Assembly: GCA_963709405.1 (NCBI GenBank)
Contig: CAVPXM010000055.1
Span: 320,001 to 384,000, forward strand
Direction of reading: 5' to 3'
DNA from: an uncultured Nitrososphaerales archaeon
GTDB lineage: Archaea > Thermoproteota > Nitrososphaeria > Nitrososphaerales > Nitrososphaeraceae
DNA length: 64,000 bases
The position numbers were made by a program, and so were the translations under genes. Below, piece after piece: positions 33,927 to 45,702 of the stretch (positions are counted from its first letter, which is position 1; every line of letters begins with the position of its first letter). The notes beneath the pieces are model-generated. The model saw nothing but the letters and a program-made list of their open reading frames with translations. It had not been told where the DNA came from and ran no database searches.

Positions 33927-34109
33927 ATAGGTGTAGGTGTGTTAAATATTATAATAGCTACATTTGTACTGGTATCGCCCTTATTTCGAGTGATTCTTGG
34001 AGCGATTCTGATAGGAATGGCGTTGCTAATAGTGGGAATACAGATGATTACATCAGGCGTAATGGGAAGGCGACAACAGATTAATTCAAAAACAACTTTT
34101 GGACCATAG
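33927..34109 (+). pseudogene. C-terminal fragment of DUF308/HdeD-like membrane protein
   Basis: Manual translation IGVGVLNIIIATFVLVSPLF...ALLIVGIQMITSGVMGR, stop at 34107-34109, no start. Confidence 0.5.
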
Positions 34110-34491
34110 TTCCAAAACATGGTAATTAGATTGTGGAAATTATTTGGAATCGGTCATTCTTTCTGAACAAGCTTTTTCCCGGATGCCTGGATTATCCTTT
34201 TAGCACGGTGGTATCTCCTCACATCTTTAAGAAAGTTTCAGTGCTAGGAATATGTGTGGATTGATCTAGTCTTTGACCAGTCTGTCGTTGCAGTTTTGGC
34301 ATTTATCATCGAAAAACTAAGACACATTCGCGAATGTAACATACAATGAAGCTTGTTCAGATGTATTTGATTTAGAATACGTAATAATTTTAAATTAAAT
34401 ATAAGAAAATTAACCAAGTGTATATAAGCTAAAAATGAATTGAGGATACAAAGACTTTTAAAATAGATATTTTCCAATAAAAGATGGAAAA

Positions 34492-34851
34492 ATGCACCAT
34501 CGTTACATTTTGGCATTTAGTATACTGATGCTAGCTCTCATTATACTAACTACAAATCAGGTCAAAGCTCAACAAGGTCAGAACTCGCATGGACTAACTC
34601 CAGAACAAGTAAAGCAATTCTGTAGACCAGACAATCCTAGGCTCAGCTTCGTCAATAGTACTGAATCTGAAATTTGTGGATTACCAAAAAGCACTCCGTC
34701 AACCCCTGCATTAAACTCTTCTGGATCATCATCAGGGACGTCATCCCCCTCATCCCCGTTATTCCCGTCATCCCCGTCATCCTCGTCATCAGGGCCATCA
34801 TCCTCGTCATCAGGGCCGTCATCAGGATCAATAACGCCACAAGCTCCCTAA
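34492..34851 (+). CDS. Small secreted protein with Cys pair and Ser/Pro-rich tail
   Basis: Signal peptide (VKA-QQ), FCRP...ICG, low-complexity repeats 34725-34827. Confidence 0.7.
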   Translation: MHHRYILAFSILMLALIILTTNQVKAQQGQNSHGLTPEQVKQFCRPDNPRLSFVNSTESEICGLPKSTPSTPALNSSGSSSGTSSPSSPLFPSSPSSSSSGPSSSSSGPSSGSITPQAP

Positions 34852-35027
34852 TACTAAAATTAAATCCTATTATTTTCGGTTACTATTCTATCAATTGCAT
34901 CTAATACTGATTTATCATTATCAACATCTAATTGAATAGTCTCATTTCAAGTATCTTTGCATAAATTTACTTCCTAATGCACGGCAATTCGTTACCAGAC
35001 CAGAACTAACAACTTCTATAGTAACCA

Positions 35028-35400
35028 CTACTCAGATATAATAGATGAGAATAGGTTAATAATTATTTGAGGCTTGGACAGGATGTGATATCGATAGCGG
35101 AGGAATTGGCTTAGGCTAGTGGTATTGCTCGTGGGTAAATATGGCGGCAAAGGTGGATTCGCAGTAGGCGGCTCTGGATTTGGTAACGGATAATTAGCAA
35201 GTATCCTTGCCTTGATTATACAGGCATTCATCTGTATCAACTTCGTAGACGGTTGGTCTTTCGTACTGTGACATGGACGGCACAATAGCTGCATATTTCT
35301 GACTATTGAATTGCCTGATAATGCCCGCGGGACAATGTGATCTACACTTAGTTCGCTATCAAGAAAGTATTAATGACAATAAGCACATCGAGGACATGCA
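35028..35400 (-). pseudogene. HNH endonuclease remnant
   Basis: Manual translation RCAYCH*YFLDSELSVDHIVPRALSGNSIVRNMQLLCRPCHSTK with in-frame stop. Confidence 0.7.
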
Positions 35401-35612
35401 TCTCGGTTAATTGCTTGCGTTCATTGTAGAACCTGCGTCCTCCCAACTTATGTCTTACTTGGTAAGTGAAAATATAATACCTTTACCACTATAGTGTATA
35501 TAGTTCACCTGGTCATCATTGTTCTCCGGGATGATCTAGAGTACTTATAACAGGAGTACCTACTCTTGAATTTTTTTGTGGCTCTTTGAGTTTTTATATT
35601 AATTGATTCTTT

Positions 35613-36634
35613 AGCTTGTTGCATAAATCATTTTATTCCTTCGTACATTATCTATACCTCTCTACATCATGGTAGCAAACATGTTATACAATGACGCTTT
35701 TAGGATCAATTCCTTGGCCATATTCTGAAACTTTCTTGCAGTTACATACTCGCCAAACGTTCTTTTGATAGACGAGAATACCGTTTCTGCCATCCACCTT
35801 TGTCCATAGCTCACGCTATGTTTCCATCTTTTGAGATTTGTTTGTTGTCTCATTACAGACCTATTCCTTGCTTGACAGTTGCCTGTCTTGACCTTGGAAT
35901 TACTTCTTGTCTTTATACCAGGTTTAATATGGTTCTTGGATAGATATCTAAAATTCTTATTACTGTCATACATACCATCTGCTAACGCACCCTTTACATT
36001 GTTATTTGCAGAAGCATTATCAATCAACTTCTTTAGCATCTTGCCATCGTGTACTTCTTCACTAGTAACCTCCAAAGAAATAATCTTCTTATTCTTGATG
36101 TTTACTGCTACATGTATTTTCAGATAACCTCTTCTTACGTGCCATTTATGTCGTATCCATTCACCTCTATTAGCAACTTTGATTCCTGTACTATCTAATG
36201 CTATAATGATGTCCTCATCATCATTACCTACTTCATGCCGTTCGCTGATTCTGATATCCTGGTTATTAATACGTCTGTTAATTGTACTGTAGTTTGGAAT
36301 AGATGGTATCTTCTTATTACCAGCATGAGCTATGACTATGCCTTCTGCTTGCCGGTATGGCAGATGAAAATATACCCTCATGTAACCTAGTAATTGGATA
36401 AACGAATCAGGATAGTGGTACTGTGCACCCCTCTTTCCATCATTCATTAAGTCCAACTCACTATACCAACTATCTATGACATCAAAATCTAGAATAACTT
36501 CACCTCGCCTAACTAGCGATTTGTTATAAAAAGACCAGTTAATCATGTCCAACAATAATCTCATTACATGTTAGCTAAATCTCAATTGGTCAACAAACTC
36601 ATAGCGATATGATAATGATTTGTGCAACAAAGCA
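35613..36634 (-). mobile_element. IS5-family (IS903-like) insertion sequence
   Basis: TIRs GCTTGTTGCATAAATCATT / AATGATTTGTGCAACAAAGC; 8-bp TSD GATTCTTT at 35605-35612 and 36635-36642. Confidence 0.9.
35662..36564 (-). CDS. IS5-family DDE transposase
   Basis: NWSFYNKSLVRRG, DSTGIK, KIHVAV, ADGMYD, YGQRWMAETVFSSIK. Confidence 0.93.
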   Translation of the reverse strand: MRLLLDMINWSFYNKSLVRRGEVILDFDVIDSWYSELDLMNDGKRGAQYHYPDSFIQLLGYMRVYFHLPYRQAEGIVIAHAGNKKIPSIPNYSTINRRINNQDIRISERHEVGNDDEDIIIALDSTGIKVANRGEWIRHKWHVRRGYLKIHVAVNIKNKKIISLEVTSEEVHDGKMLKKLIDNASANNNVKGALADGMYDSNKNFRYLSKNHIKPGIKTRSNSKVKTGNCQARNRSVMRQQTNLKRWKHSVSYGQRWMAETVFSSIKRTFGEYVTARKFQNMAKELILKASLYNMFATMM

Positions 36635-37090
36635 GATTCTTTCATATCATCATCAGAGGATATATCTAAAAATTCGCTATCTAGTACTCTAGTCATAGTT
36701 ACGCATCCATTTTTGTTGAATAGTAATTTCACCCATCTTACCAGTTTGATAATCTTCTACTGCTTCATGAATCTCTTCTTTAGTATTCATAACAAATGGA
36801 CCATACCTTGCTACTGGTTCATTTAACGGAACTCCACCTATTAGAAGAAAATCTAGAGCGGATTTATTAGTAGTAGTGATAGTGCTGTAAGTACGGATTA
36901 TCGTACTCCTTTGAAAGGAATTAGTTTACCAGGAAGTGGTAGATAGATAATTTCGGTAGATAATTTGAAATCGCCTAACCATGCAAACCTAAAAGGAATG
37001 GTATAAAATAGAGCGTAATAAATCAAAATCATGTGGTCATGGGCTCTAACCTGGGGTTGCATACCAGAACTATCTAGAAATTGCTTGGAT

Positions 37091-37348
37091 ATGACCAACT
37101 CATCTAGTACTTATCTAGGAATCATTGCTAGTGCAATAATTGGTGGAATAGTTAGTTGGTGGATTTTCAATAGACAAAAGAAGACTTCTCATAAGCAGGA
37201 TTACACACTAAGTCGTATTGAACAATTAGAAAATTATAATGAAAAACTACTGGAGAAAATCAAGGTAGTCGAAGAAAATAATGAAAAACTACTGGAGAAA
37301 ATTTTCGACTTGAACAAAAAAATTGATTCTTTACTTGAAGGTCATTAA
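37091..37348 (+). CDS. Small membrane protein with coiled-coil tail
   Basis: One TM then a duplicated NEKLLEKI unit (42-nt period). Confidence 0.55.
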   Translation: MTNSSSTYLGIIASAIIGGIVSWWIFNRQKKTSHKQDYTLSRIEQLENYNEKLLEKIKVVEENNEKLLEKIFDLNKKIDSLLEGH

Positions 37349-38134
37349 AAAAGCACTCGCAATAAAAATATATGAAATCTAGAAAATTTGTGTATTAATA
37401 ATCATGACTATGTATTTCTTGATAAATGTAACAGCCGATTAAACATCTGATGGAGCCTGCTGATGAATTTCTATGCATATTATTTAAGAATTGTCGCAGG
37501 ATTTGTCCTGGGGAATTAGGCCTAATTGCTGCGAGCTCAGTCTGGTTTGGAAACATAGGTTTGTAGAGATGTTATAAGACTCCGTGCTTTATGTACTCGT
37601 CTTCGTAGTTTGTGCTAAAGCCATTGCAATAATAGGAGCTTTTCCACGATAGGCGAAGCGCCCGCGTGGAGTGTTTAATCACGGACACCGCAAGCGTGAC
37701 GCCTGAATGAAAAAGTTAGGCGTATCAGGTTATAATCGGATCATAATGACAAATTTTATCGAATAAAACATGTTCTCCATTGCATCCGTGCCACCATGAG
37801 AAAATAGCTCTCTTCCGATTTCTTCTGCTCGTTTTCGTTTGTTTTCAATATCAGGAACTTTGGGATTTTGGGTACAATAGATAAGCGTATCATACAGTTC
37901 TTCTTCGAGATAAGCATCCAAGCTAGAGATCCCTCTCCGCACCAATATTCTTTCTTCTAATATATAAGAATCTCAGCAGTTTTCCTGTTCAGGAGGAACC
38001 GACAAGATGGGTTGTTAACAATCTGTATTTTAACTCAGAACCTGCGCAACTGCTCTCTGGTGGGTTGCGGTTGCAATTAACTTAGAGCTCCTTATAGATG
38101 AAGGAAATATATGTATTCTAGGTCCTGATCTGTC

Positions 38135-38204
38135 ATTTGACGCATTTGACAAGACTATTTGACGGCGTATTTGGCCTATTTGACTGCTTATCTGACTAGT
38201 CAAA
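38135..38204 (+). repeat. Cluster of six ATTTGAC-like heptamers plus one inverted copy
   Basis: Copies at 38135, 38144, 38157, 38169, 38178, 38190; GTCAAA at 38199. Confidence 0.7.
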
Positions 38205-38253
38205 AAGACATCTTATATATTGTTAGTGTATTTTCTCATGTAGCAGACATTAA

Positions 38254-39553
38254 TTAGACCAGCAGCTATTCCCGAAATAATAAAATCGAAAGTAGTAAGT
38301 CAATGGCTTCAAGGCCTTAAAAGAGACGTCATAGCACAGGAGAATAACATTAGTAAAGGAGCAGTTAGCAACATAACTAACGATTGGAGTATTGCTATTG
38401 GAAAACCTGAAGCGGATGCATTCCGGGAGTTAGCAAAAGTACTCAATATTGCTGGTCTTACTCCAGCTCAGTGTGCAATTGGCTTTCGAACTATGAAATT
38501 GTTAAGCGAGCAGAACATAGATGCAGAGGCGGCCACACAATTTATCGGAGATACGTACAAGAAATGTAAAGAATTTGAAGTTACACCAAATAAATTCGCT
38601 ACGTGTGTAAAAGATCTTATCAAGGTTTCAGAGGATAACCACATTCAACTACATAAAATTGAAGAGTACGTAGACGAAAGGCTGGCAAAAAAGAAGGAAT
38701 TGGAGAATGAACTTGATGATTTAAAGAATGAGATACCGACTCTGAAGAATCAAAAGTCAGAGATAGGAAAGCTGAGGGATTTGGCTTTGCAGCAAAAGAA
38801 AATGGCAGATTTAGAGATCGAGTCATATTCTAATGCAAAGCAAGTATTGGACAGACACAAGATATCTATCAGTGAGGATCTCCCAAAATTTGCCAATACT
38901 TTTAATCGCATTGAAGAATATGGATACGATCCCATCAGAACTTAATGCTATCCAGTATTTAGAAGGCAAAAAACAAGCATTTGAGATAGCTGCAAAAGAA
39001 TTGGAAGAGCGTATTGCCAACCTTAGTCAGCAAGAGTCTTTTTTGCAAGACAAAATCTATTTACATTCGGAAAATCTACCTGTCTATAATGAACTTGCAA
39101 ATAACGGATTTGGTTCAAGCGAGCTGAGAACGTTGCTTGCTAAGATCATAGATATTGCAATCTCAAATGGCATAAACCATTGCCTGGCAGTAAGAAAATT
39201 CATTGAAGACGTGGGGACTCGGTATAATGCTAAACTAGGATTTGAACTCCAGATAGAAGATCTTAAATCGGAAGTTCAGACACTTAATGACGAACGAGGA
39301 AAGGGATTACAGAGACTAAAAGTCCAGCCCTATGTAGGACCAGTCATCACTGGACTATTACAACGAGGTTTAACTGTCATAATGATTTATCAAATAGAAC
39401 CTTTTATTCAGAGGTTCTGAAAAAAGGAATCATAAATACCCTACAGAATATCATAATGGCTTCTATGGTTAATGCAAGTCTGGCTGTGCGTAGTAAAAAA
39501 ACAGCTAGTAATGATAAGTTAACTGAGACTCAGCAAGATATAGCATCATTGTG
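38254..39553 (+). pseudogene. HTH plus long coiled-coil protein, frame-disrupted
   Basis: Open frame from ~38254 (SKVVSQWLQGLKRDVIAQENNISKGAVSNI, HTH-like) into ORFs 38493-38945 and 38833-39420. Confidence 0.6.
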
Positions 39554-39592
39554 AGAATTGGATGGACTGGCTAAATAAAGTTGTTTAAGTAT

Positions 39593-39630
39593 TATTATTA
39601 CTAATAGTATCTATTATTACTAATAGTATC
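39593..39630 (+). repeat. Exact 19-bp tandem duplication
   Basis: TATTATTACTAATAGTATC twice. Confidence 0.8.
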
Positions 39631-40223
39631 AAAATATAACTTCCCACAGTCAATCTTCTATCAACTTTGCAACAAAGATGTAGCAGAGTCGAACACATAG
39701 AATGACCGCAGGATAAATTTTGAAATGAGAGAACTATATTCTAGACAAGAAAAAGTGAAATTCTGGACTAAGAGGTGGATATTGACATTTAGGAAATGTG
39801 TAGTATGTCAGATTTTTTAATATCAGCTATAAAATTTTCGAAAAAAAGTCCAACTAGTAAACTTGGTTTTATATCACACGTTACATAAAGGTATAACAGT
39901 ATGTTTGTTATATGAGAACCATACATCATATGTTATGGCACCGATAGATGCAGCTGAAGGCTCATTCAATCTCCCTAACCTACCTCCAAGATAGAAATTA
40001 TTTCGTACCAAAAATTTGGATTTAAATAGGAATCTTGTCGCTGAAAATATATTTATTGAGAAATAGTCTGCCCCTGGTATGATTAATATTGGCAATCACC
40101 TTATTTTCTTCAATGGTTGAAAATCGAAATCCTTCCGAATTTCAATCAAGCAAAGCCAGAATACATATCGTCGCAGATCAAGCTCAATCGGAGTATTTTA
40201 TTAAGTGAGTAAGCTGATAGTAC

Positions 40224-41228
40224 ATGGTGACTCCTAATAAGAAACTGGCTGATACTTTTGGCAGAGTTGCTAAAAAGTTACGCATCTCGATCACGGACCG
40301 ATGCAACATGCGATGTATATACTGTATGCCTGCTAATAACATGGAGTGGTTTGAACAAAATAATATTCTGAGTTATGATGAGATTATTAGAATTGTGACT
40401 ATTTTGGGCGATCTAGGCGTTGAGAGAATTAGAATCACCGGTGGCGAACCTCTTGTTAGACCTAAAATAATAGTCCTAATTAAGCAACTATCTACGATAG
40501 ATGGAATCAAGTCAATCAGTATGACAACTAATGGCCTTATGCTGCATTCCATGGCAGCTGATCTTAAGGATGCTGGACTTGTAAGCACTAATGTCAGTTT
40601 GGATACATTTAAGGAGAGTCGATTCAAAGCAATTAGCGGCGTACATGGGCTTGAAACCGTCCTAGCTGGTATACAAGCAGCTGCGGCTGCTGGACTTAAA
40701 GTAAAAGTAAATGCAGTGATTATTAGAGGATGGAACGATGATGAAATTGTAGATTTTGCAGAATTTGCTAGAAAGACAGGACATACCGTTCGGTTCATAG
40801 AATTTATGCCGTTAGATGGAACGAGTCTATGGGAACAGGATCTAGTAGTTAGCAAAGGTGAAATAATCCAGAAATTAGCCAGTGGAGTTAATGAGCTCGT
40901 ACCATTACACAATAACATTTCTGAACCAGCAAAACTATTTTCCTTCATCGATGGCAAAGGTATATTAGGATTTATTCCCTCAATAACCGAGCCATTTTGC
41001 AGCAATTGTGACAGGCTGAGATTAACTTCTGACGGTAGATTGCTTACCTGTCTTTATGAAAATCCAGGATACGATCTGAAGATTTTGTTAAGAAGCGGAA
41101 AGTCTAACGATGATATCGAAAAGTATATTTTAGAGTGCATAATGCGGAAGCCAGAGGGTATAATAAGTTTGATTCGTAGTAAGTCATTGCGGCCAACGAT
41201 GAACCTTATGTACAGAATCGGCGGTTAG
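40224..41228 (+). CDS. moaA: GTP 3',8-cyclase MoaA
   Basis: LRISITDRCNMRCIYC, ITGGEP, RFIEFMP, FCSNCDRLRLT, C-terminal IGG. Confidence 0.96.
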   Translation: MVTPNKKLADTFGRVAKKLRISITDRCNMRCIYCMPANNMEWFEQNNILSYDEIIRIVTILGDLGVERIRITGGEPLVRPKIIVLIKQLSTIDGIKSISMTTNGLMLHSMAADLKDAGLVSTNVSLDTFKESRFKAISGVHGLETVLAGIQAAAAAGLKVKVNAVIIRGWNDDEIVDFAEFARKTGHTVRFIEFMPLDGTSLWEQDLVVSKGEIIQKLASGVNELVPLHNNISEPAKLFSFIDGKGILGFIPSITEPFCSNCDRLRLTSDGRLLTCLYENPGYDLKILLRSGKSNDDIEKYILECIMRKPEGIISLIRSKSLRPTMNLMYRIGG

Positions 41229-41879
41229 TAGTAAAGATTTACGAAGGCATCATAAAAGGCTAACGAAGCAGGATTATTTTGTTCCTTTAGGTGTTAATTT
41301 TTTCGCCATCACCAATTTAACGAATGGATGAATTTTTAATAATCTTGCAATTTATCCAGGACATTCATAAAACTGTTAGTAGCATCAGAAATGAAAATTA
41401 AATAATTCCTAATTGTTCCTGCTTTAATCTGCTAGTCGCAGATCAGATTTCGGAGGCATTTCTTATTTAGAGACTAACACATTAATTCTCGCGTCTCTGT
41501 TGGGATGTTTGCATCCCAGTCATGATGAGTGACGCGATGAATATTAATGGGGTAAGAGCAGGTTAATGAATGATGGAACCTTGAGACATGTAAGGTGGAT
41601 CTCAGTCTCACTCCAACCGGTCCCTCCTAGGGATATTGTGTTGTTACCTTCAGGTTTGATAGTTCGAACCCGGCTCAGTGAGTATATGCTAATTTAACGT
41701 TCCTATCATAGGGGATGATTTTCCGACCTATCTTTTCAGTAAGCATTTTAGTAGGAGGCTAGGATAACTATTAGCTTTGGATGATGCTTTTGAACGATAT
41801 GAATTTTACAGTCTTTTGACATATCTAATCGCAAAAAAACTGTTCAGATACTCCGAATCCGAATAACGTGGATTGACTC

Positions 41880-42455
41880 ATGTTAATAACCACTCTTAAA
41901 GGGCGCTTCATCGTACATCTCACGCAGATGAGTATGAATATTGGCACTTACGAATGTATAGTGAGCAAGCTTGACATTAGACAGTTCAAGGATCAGGAGG
42001 TTTCAAACGAGATCCGGCTGAAGATCCTTGAAGCAGGCAGACAAAGTGGGACTGGTCTTAACACGCAGCATTTGCGGTTTGTGTTAGTAGATCATAAAGA
42101 TGTCCTTAAGTTATTGGCAGAAGATAGTACGAGTGGAAGTTGGGTATCGGGAGCCAATTTTGCAATAATTGTTCTTACAAGTCCGAACTTTCGTTTTAGT
42201 ATGATTGATGCCGGTAGAGCTTTACAAAATATGCAATTAGCTGCTTGGAGTGAAGGTATCGGGTCCGGTTTATTTACCGGAGTCAGAGAGGAAAAGATGC
42301 GAAAGGATTTTAATATTCCCGAGAATCTGAATATTGCTGTTATCGTGGGGTTTGGATATCCTTCACGAAGGCTAATCGGAAGAGTGAAGAATCGGATGCC
42401 ACTCGACAAAGTCGTATACTATCAAAGATATGGTAATCCTCAGATCTCTGAATAG
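41880..42455 (+). CDS. Nitroreductase family protein
   Basis: IRQFKD..V, SGTGLNTQ, DAGRALQNMQLAAW, GFGYP; real start probably near 41928. Confidence 0.88.
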   Translation: MLITTLKGRFIVHLTQMSMNIGTYECIVSKLDIRQFKDQEVSNEIRLKILEAGRQSGTGLNTQHLRFVLVDHKDVLKLLAEDSTSGSWVSGANFAIIVLTSPNFRFSMIDAGRALQNMQLAAWSEGIGSGLFTGVREEKMRKDFNIPENLNIAVIVGFGYPSRRLIGRVKNRMPLDKVVYYQRYGNPQISE

Positions 42456-43383
42456 ATTTTTCCTTGAAATCACTTCTTTTCCACCATGAGTTGAATAATT
42501 TTTCGTTATCATATTATCAAGTCCGTTTAATTCTGAATCTTTTATTACAGTATTGTGTCATATCATGCATTTGCCAACTAGTGCCTTTCATAGATTATGA
42601 ATGATAATATCAGTTCCGCCATTTAATTGCCGAAAGTTCTGCTCTAAGTCGTAAAGTGGTCATTCATCGCCCTAAGCTGTTCATTACCTTTGAAATAATG
42701 GTCAACTTGCTACGATGTCCGCCAGGGATGATGGCATTCGTGGTAGGTAAACTAGCTTCGTCCAATTCATTCCATACGAGTATCGGAGATATTTTATGAG
42801 AATTTGTGGTTATGGTCAAGTACTTCATCAAGGGGTTATTTTCAAAAGTTCATTCTCGTCATCTCTCCACTAAAACTCGTTCTGATTAACCTCAACTGAA
42901 TTACCTGCCGAAAATCAATTTCACATTATCCCTAGATCTGGGTTGATACTTAACCATGTCTTGTAGCCATATCCCAAGCAGGATTTTTAGTATTGCAATT
43001 TCAAATCATTGGGTTTGCACCTCTACAATAAAAAATTATGTCAAATCGTGTAGGGTCCTAATTCAAGAGGATCTATTCTTCGACCTGTATCAGTTTTTGT
43101 CCGACTAGAGGGAGTATGTGATAATGTTTATGTAAACACTCGTGGATACAAGATTTATGTACTTATTCGGTTCGCCGGGGTCACCATTGCTCACGGACTA
43201 ACTTAGTTGTGAATTCTGAAAACTGCCCTCAATCTTAGCTCTAGTGCCTCATTTTGATTAAACTTGAAACATCGCTATGACTTCTATGACTTTTAAATTC
43301 TCCTAACATAGCATCGTCATGTGATTTAATAGCCAGAATCGTATGCATTCTCTTGGAAACAATGTGTCTTAAGACCCCAAAGA

Positions 43384-43419
43384 TTTAAATACACTAGATA
43401 GTCTACTATTTATTAGTAG
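43384..43419 (+). promoter_or_regulatory. TATA box plus overlapping palindromes upstream of marR
   Basis: TTTAAATA 43384-43391; ATAGT-CT-ACTAT and CTACTA-TTTAT-TAGTAG. Confidence 0.45.
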
Positions 43420-43422
43420 CTT

Positions 43423-43983
43423 ATGCAATTTTATGATTTTGAGAATAGTATCGGAGTCATTATAAATACCGTAGCAAAGGCATTTGTGAAAGCACTAGAT
43501 TCTGAATTACGTGAGAACGTAGGTGTAACTATAGGCCAATGGAAAGTTATGGTTATGCTTGTAAGACAAAATGGCCTTACTCAAAAGGAGATTGCTGACA
43601 GGTTGAGTCTTGAAGGCCCCACTCTCATACCAGTTATCGACAAGATGGAGAAGGACGGATTGGTTATCAGGAAGGTAGATTTGGCTGACAGACGAAATAA
43701 TAGAATTTACCGTACAGAAAAAGCAGACGCATTATGGGATGAGATGTTCAAGCGTGCAATGAGAGTAAGACAATCTTCTGTAAAAAACATCACAGAGAAT
43801 GAAATTCAAATTACGAAAAGCGCTTTGGAAAAAATGTTACAAAACCTTAGACTTGAGTATGATGTTGAGTATAATCACTCATGCGCTGATGTCGTGGGAG
43901 CTTCAACTAAAACAGGGTCGGTACCCAAGGTGACCATGGCTACCGACACAAGAAGCTCAGCTGGAAAGAACCAAAATAGTTAG
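43423..43983 (+). CDS. MarR-family transcriptional regulator
   Basis: GLTQKEIADRLSL..TL...IDKMEKDGLV.R..DRR. Confidence 0.92.
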   Translation: MQFYDFENSIGVIINTVAKAFVKALDSELRENVGVTIGQWKVMVMLVRQNGLTQKEIADRLSLEGPTLIPVIDKMEKDGLVIRKVDLADRRNNRIYRTEKADALWDEMFKRAMRVRQSSVKNITENEIQITKSALEKMLQNLRLEYDVEYNHSCADVVGASTKTGSVPKVTMATDTRSSAGKNQNS

Positions 43984-43998
43984 GAGCCGTTTCCCAAA

Positions 43999-45702
43999 TT
44001 GGAACCATCATCTTACGATGATAGCAACAAGCATGAAAACGAGAGCAGAAATGATAGCAGATTTGCTGCCACTGGCACCCCTACTGCTCCCTATTCAACC
44101 AATTCTGTAAAAATATCAGCATATGCATGGAAAGTTGTAATCATACTCAGTTGTATTGCTACGATGATAATGTATGCCGAAACAATGTTGATACCAGCTA
44201 TACCAGATCTTATTGAAGACTTTCATGTTTCTTATAGTATGTCATCATGGATTCTTACAGCTTATTTGGTTTCTGGTGCGGTGATGACTCCGATTGCTGG
44301 CAAGTTATCAGATATCTATGGGAGGAAGAAGATCCTATTGATCATAATGATAGTGTACACTATAGGAGTCTCATTAGCAGGTTTTGCATCAAATATATCA
44401 TTTTTGCTAATTGCTCGAGCAATCCAAGGAGTAGGGATGTCAATGTTTCCCATTGCATTTGGTATTGTAAGAGACCAATTTCCGAGGGAAAAGATGTCGA
44501 TAGGTCAGGGTATCATAACTTCTATGTTTGCTTCTGGCGCAGTAGTCGGCTTAACTGTAGGCGGAATCATAGTTCAGAATTATGGATGGAGAACGACATT
44601 CATAACAATAATTCCAATTGCCATTGGACTGTTGTTGATTATTCGATTTTTTATCAACGTAAATGACAAGAAGGACTGGGATGAGAAACCTATGGACCAT
44701 GAGGAGGCGAAGCAAGGACAATCGAAACCCAAATCTCATTACGGACGTAAGGAGAGTTTGAAACCTAAGTCTGCAGCTTCAGGATCTTCTAATCAGGTCG
44801 ACATAAAGGGAGCAATTGCACTAGCTGTCACCATTATATCTTTTTTATTAGTTTTGACATTCCTAGAAACATCAGGAAGCAGTGTTGGGACAACTACTGG
44901 AAATTATTCAACTACTCAGAATCAGAATAGTATTCCATCCAGCGTAAGTTATTCTTCTATTCAGGTATTGCCTTTCCTCTTACTAGGAATAGTTTCATTG
45001 GGTACGTTTATAGTCATTGAAAAACGTTCAGAGTTCCCATTGGTAGATTTTAAACTCATGCTCAACAGAGCAATACTTCCTGCAAATTTGATAATAGTTT
45101 TAGTTGGATTTTCAATGTTTATGGTTTTTCAAACGATACCGATATTAGTAAGAAATCCCGAACCCGTAGGATTCGGTGAAGATGCAATTAGTACCGGCAA
45201 AGTTCAACTTCCATTTGCAATAATTCTACTAATATTTGGACCAACTTCTGGATTTATTGTTTCAAAGCTAGGTTCCCTAAAGCCTATCATACTTGGGACT
45301 ATTATTACCACAGCAAGCTTTATTGGATTACTTATTTTTCATTCAACAGAGTTGTGGGTGTCAGTGAACCTAGCAATCTTATCAACCGGCTTATCACTAA
45401 CAAGCGTCGGGGCAATGAATGTAATTATATTAGCTACGCCGAGACAATTTAGTGGCATATCCCTGGGGATGACCACGCTTTTGAGAATAATTGGTAGTTC
45501 AATTGGTCCTGCTCTTGCGGGGATGTACATGCAAACTCACCAAACCCTAATAAACGTAAATGATACTTTGCGTTATTTTCCATCATCATCGTCATTCAAC
45601 ATGATATTCCTAACAGCTGTAATAGTATCAATTATCTCAGTAGGATTAGCAATAGTTCTAAGGCGAAAAGTGATGAAAATGACAATACCCAATCTGATGT
45701 AA
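43999..45702 (+). CDS. MFS drug/H+ antiporter-type transporter
   Basis: GKLSDIYGRK motif A, ARAIQGVG, multiple TMs. Confidence 0.92.
   Translation: MEPSSYDDSNKHENESRNDSRFAATGTPTAPYSTNSVKISAYAWKVVIILSCIATMIMYAETMLIPAIPDLIEDFHVSYSMSSWILTAYLVSGAVMTPIAGKLSDIYGRKKILLIIMIVYTIGVSLAGFASNISFLLIARAIQGVGMSMFPIAFGIVRDQFPREKMSIGQGIITSMFASGAVVGLTVGGIIVQNYGWRTTFITIIPIAIGLLLIIRFFINVNDKKDWDEKPMDHEEAKQGQSKPKSHYGRKESLKPKSAASGSSNQVDIKGAIALAVTIISFLLVLTFLETSGSSVGTTTGNYSTTQNQNSIPSSVSYSSIQVLPFLLLGIVSLGTFIVIEKRSEFPLVDFKLMLNRAILPANLIIVLVGFSMFMVFQTIPILVRNPEPVGFGEDAISTGKVQLPFAIILLIFGPTSGFIVSKLGSLKPIILGTIITTASFIGLLIFHSTELWVSVNLAILSTGLSLTSVGAMNVIILATPRQFSGISLGMTTLLRIIGSSIGPALAGMYMQTHQTLINVNDTLRYFPSSSSFNMIFLTAVIVSIISVGLAIVLRRKVMKMTIPNLM

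Noticed and set aside
34725-34827. Short tandem repeats resembling an array
   Set aside because: Simply encode the Ser/Pro/Gly-rich tail of the 34492 protein
37631-37704. GC-rich possible hairpin AGGCG...CGCCT
   Set aside because: Pairing is short and irregular; not enough support to call an ncRNA
41640-41680. GTTCGAACCC T-loop-like motif suggesting a tRNA
   Set aside because: No acceptor, D or anticodon stems can be built around it
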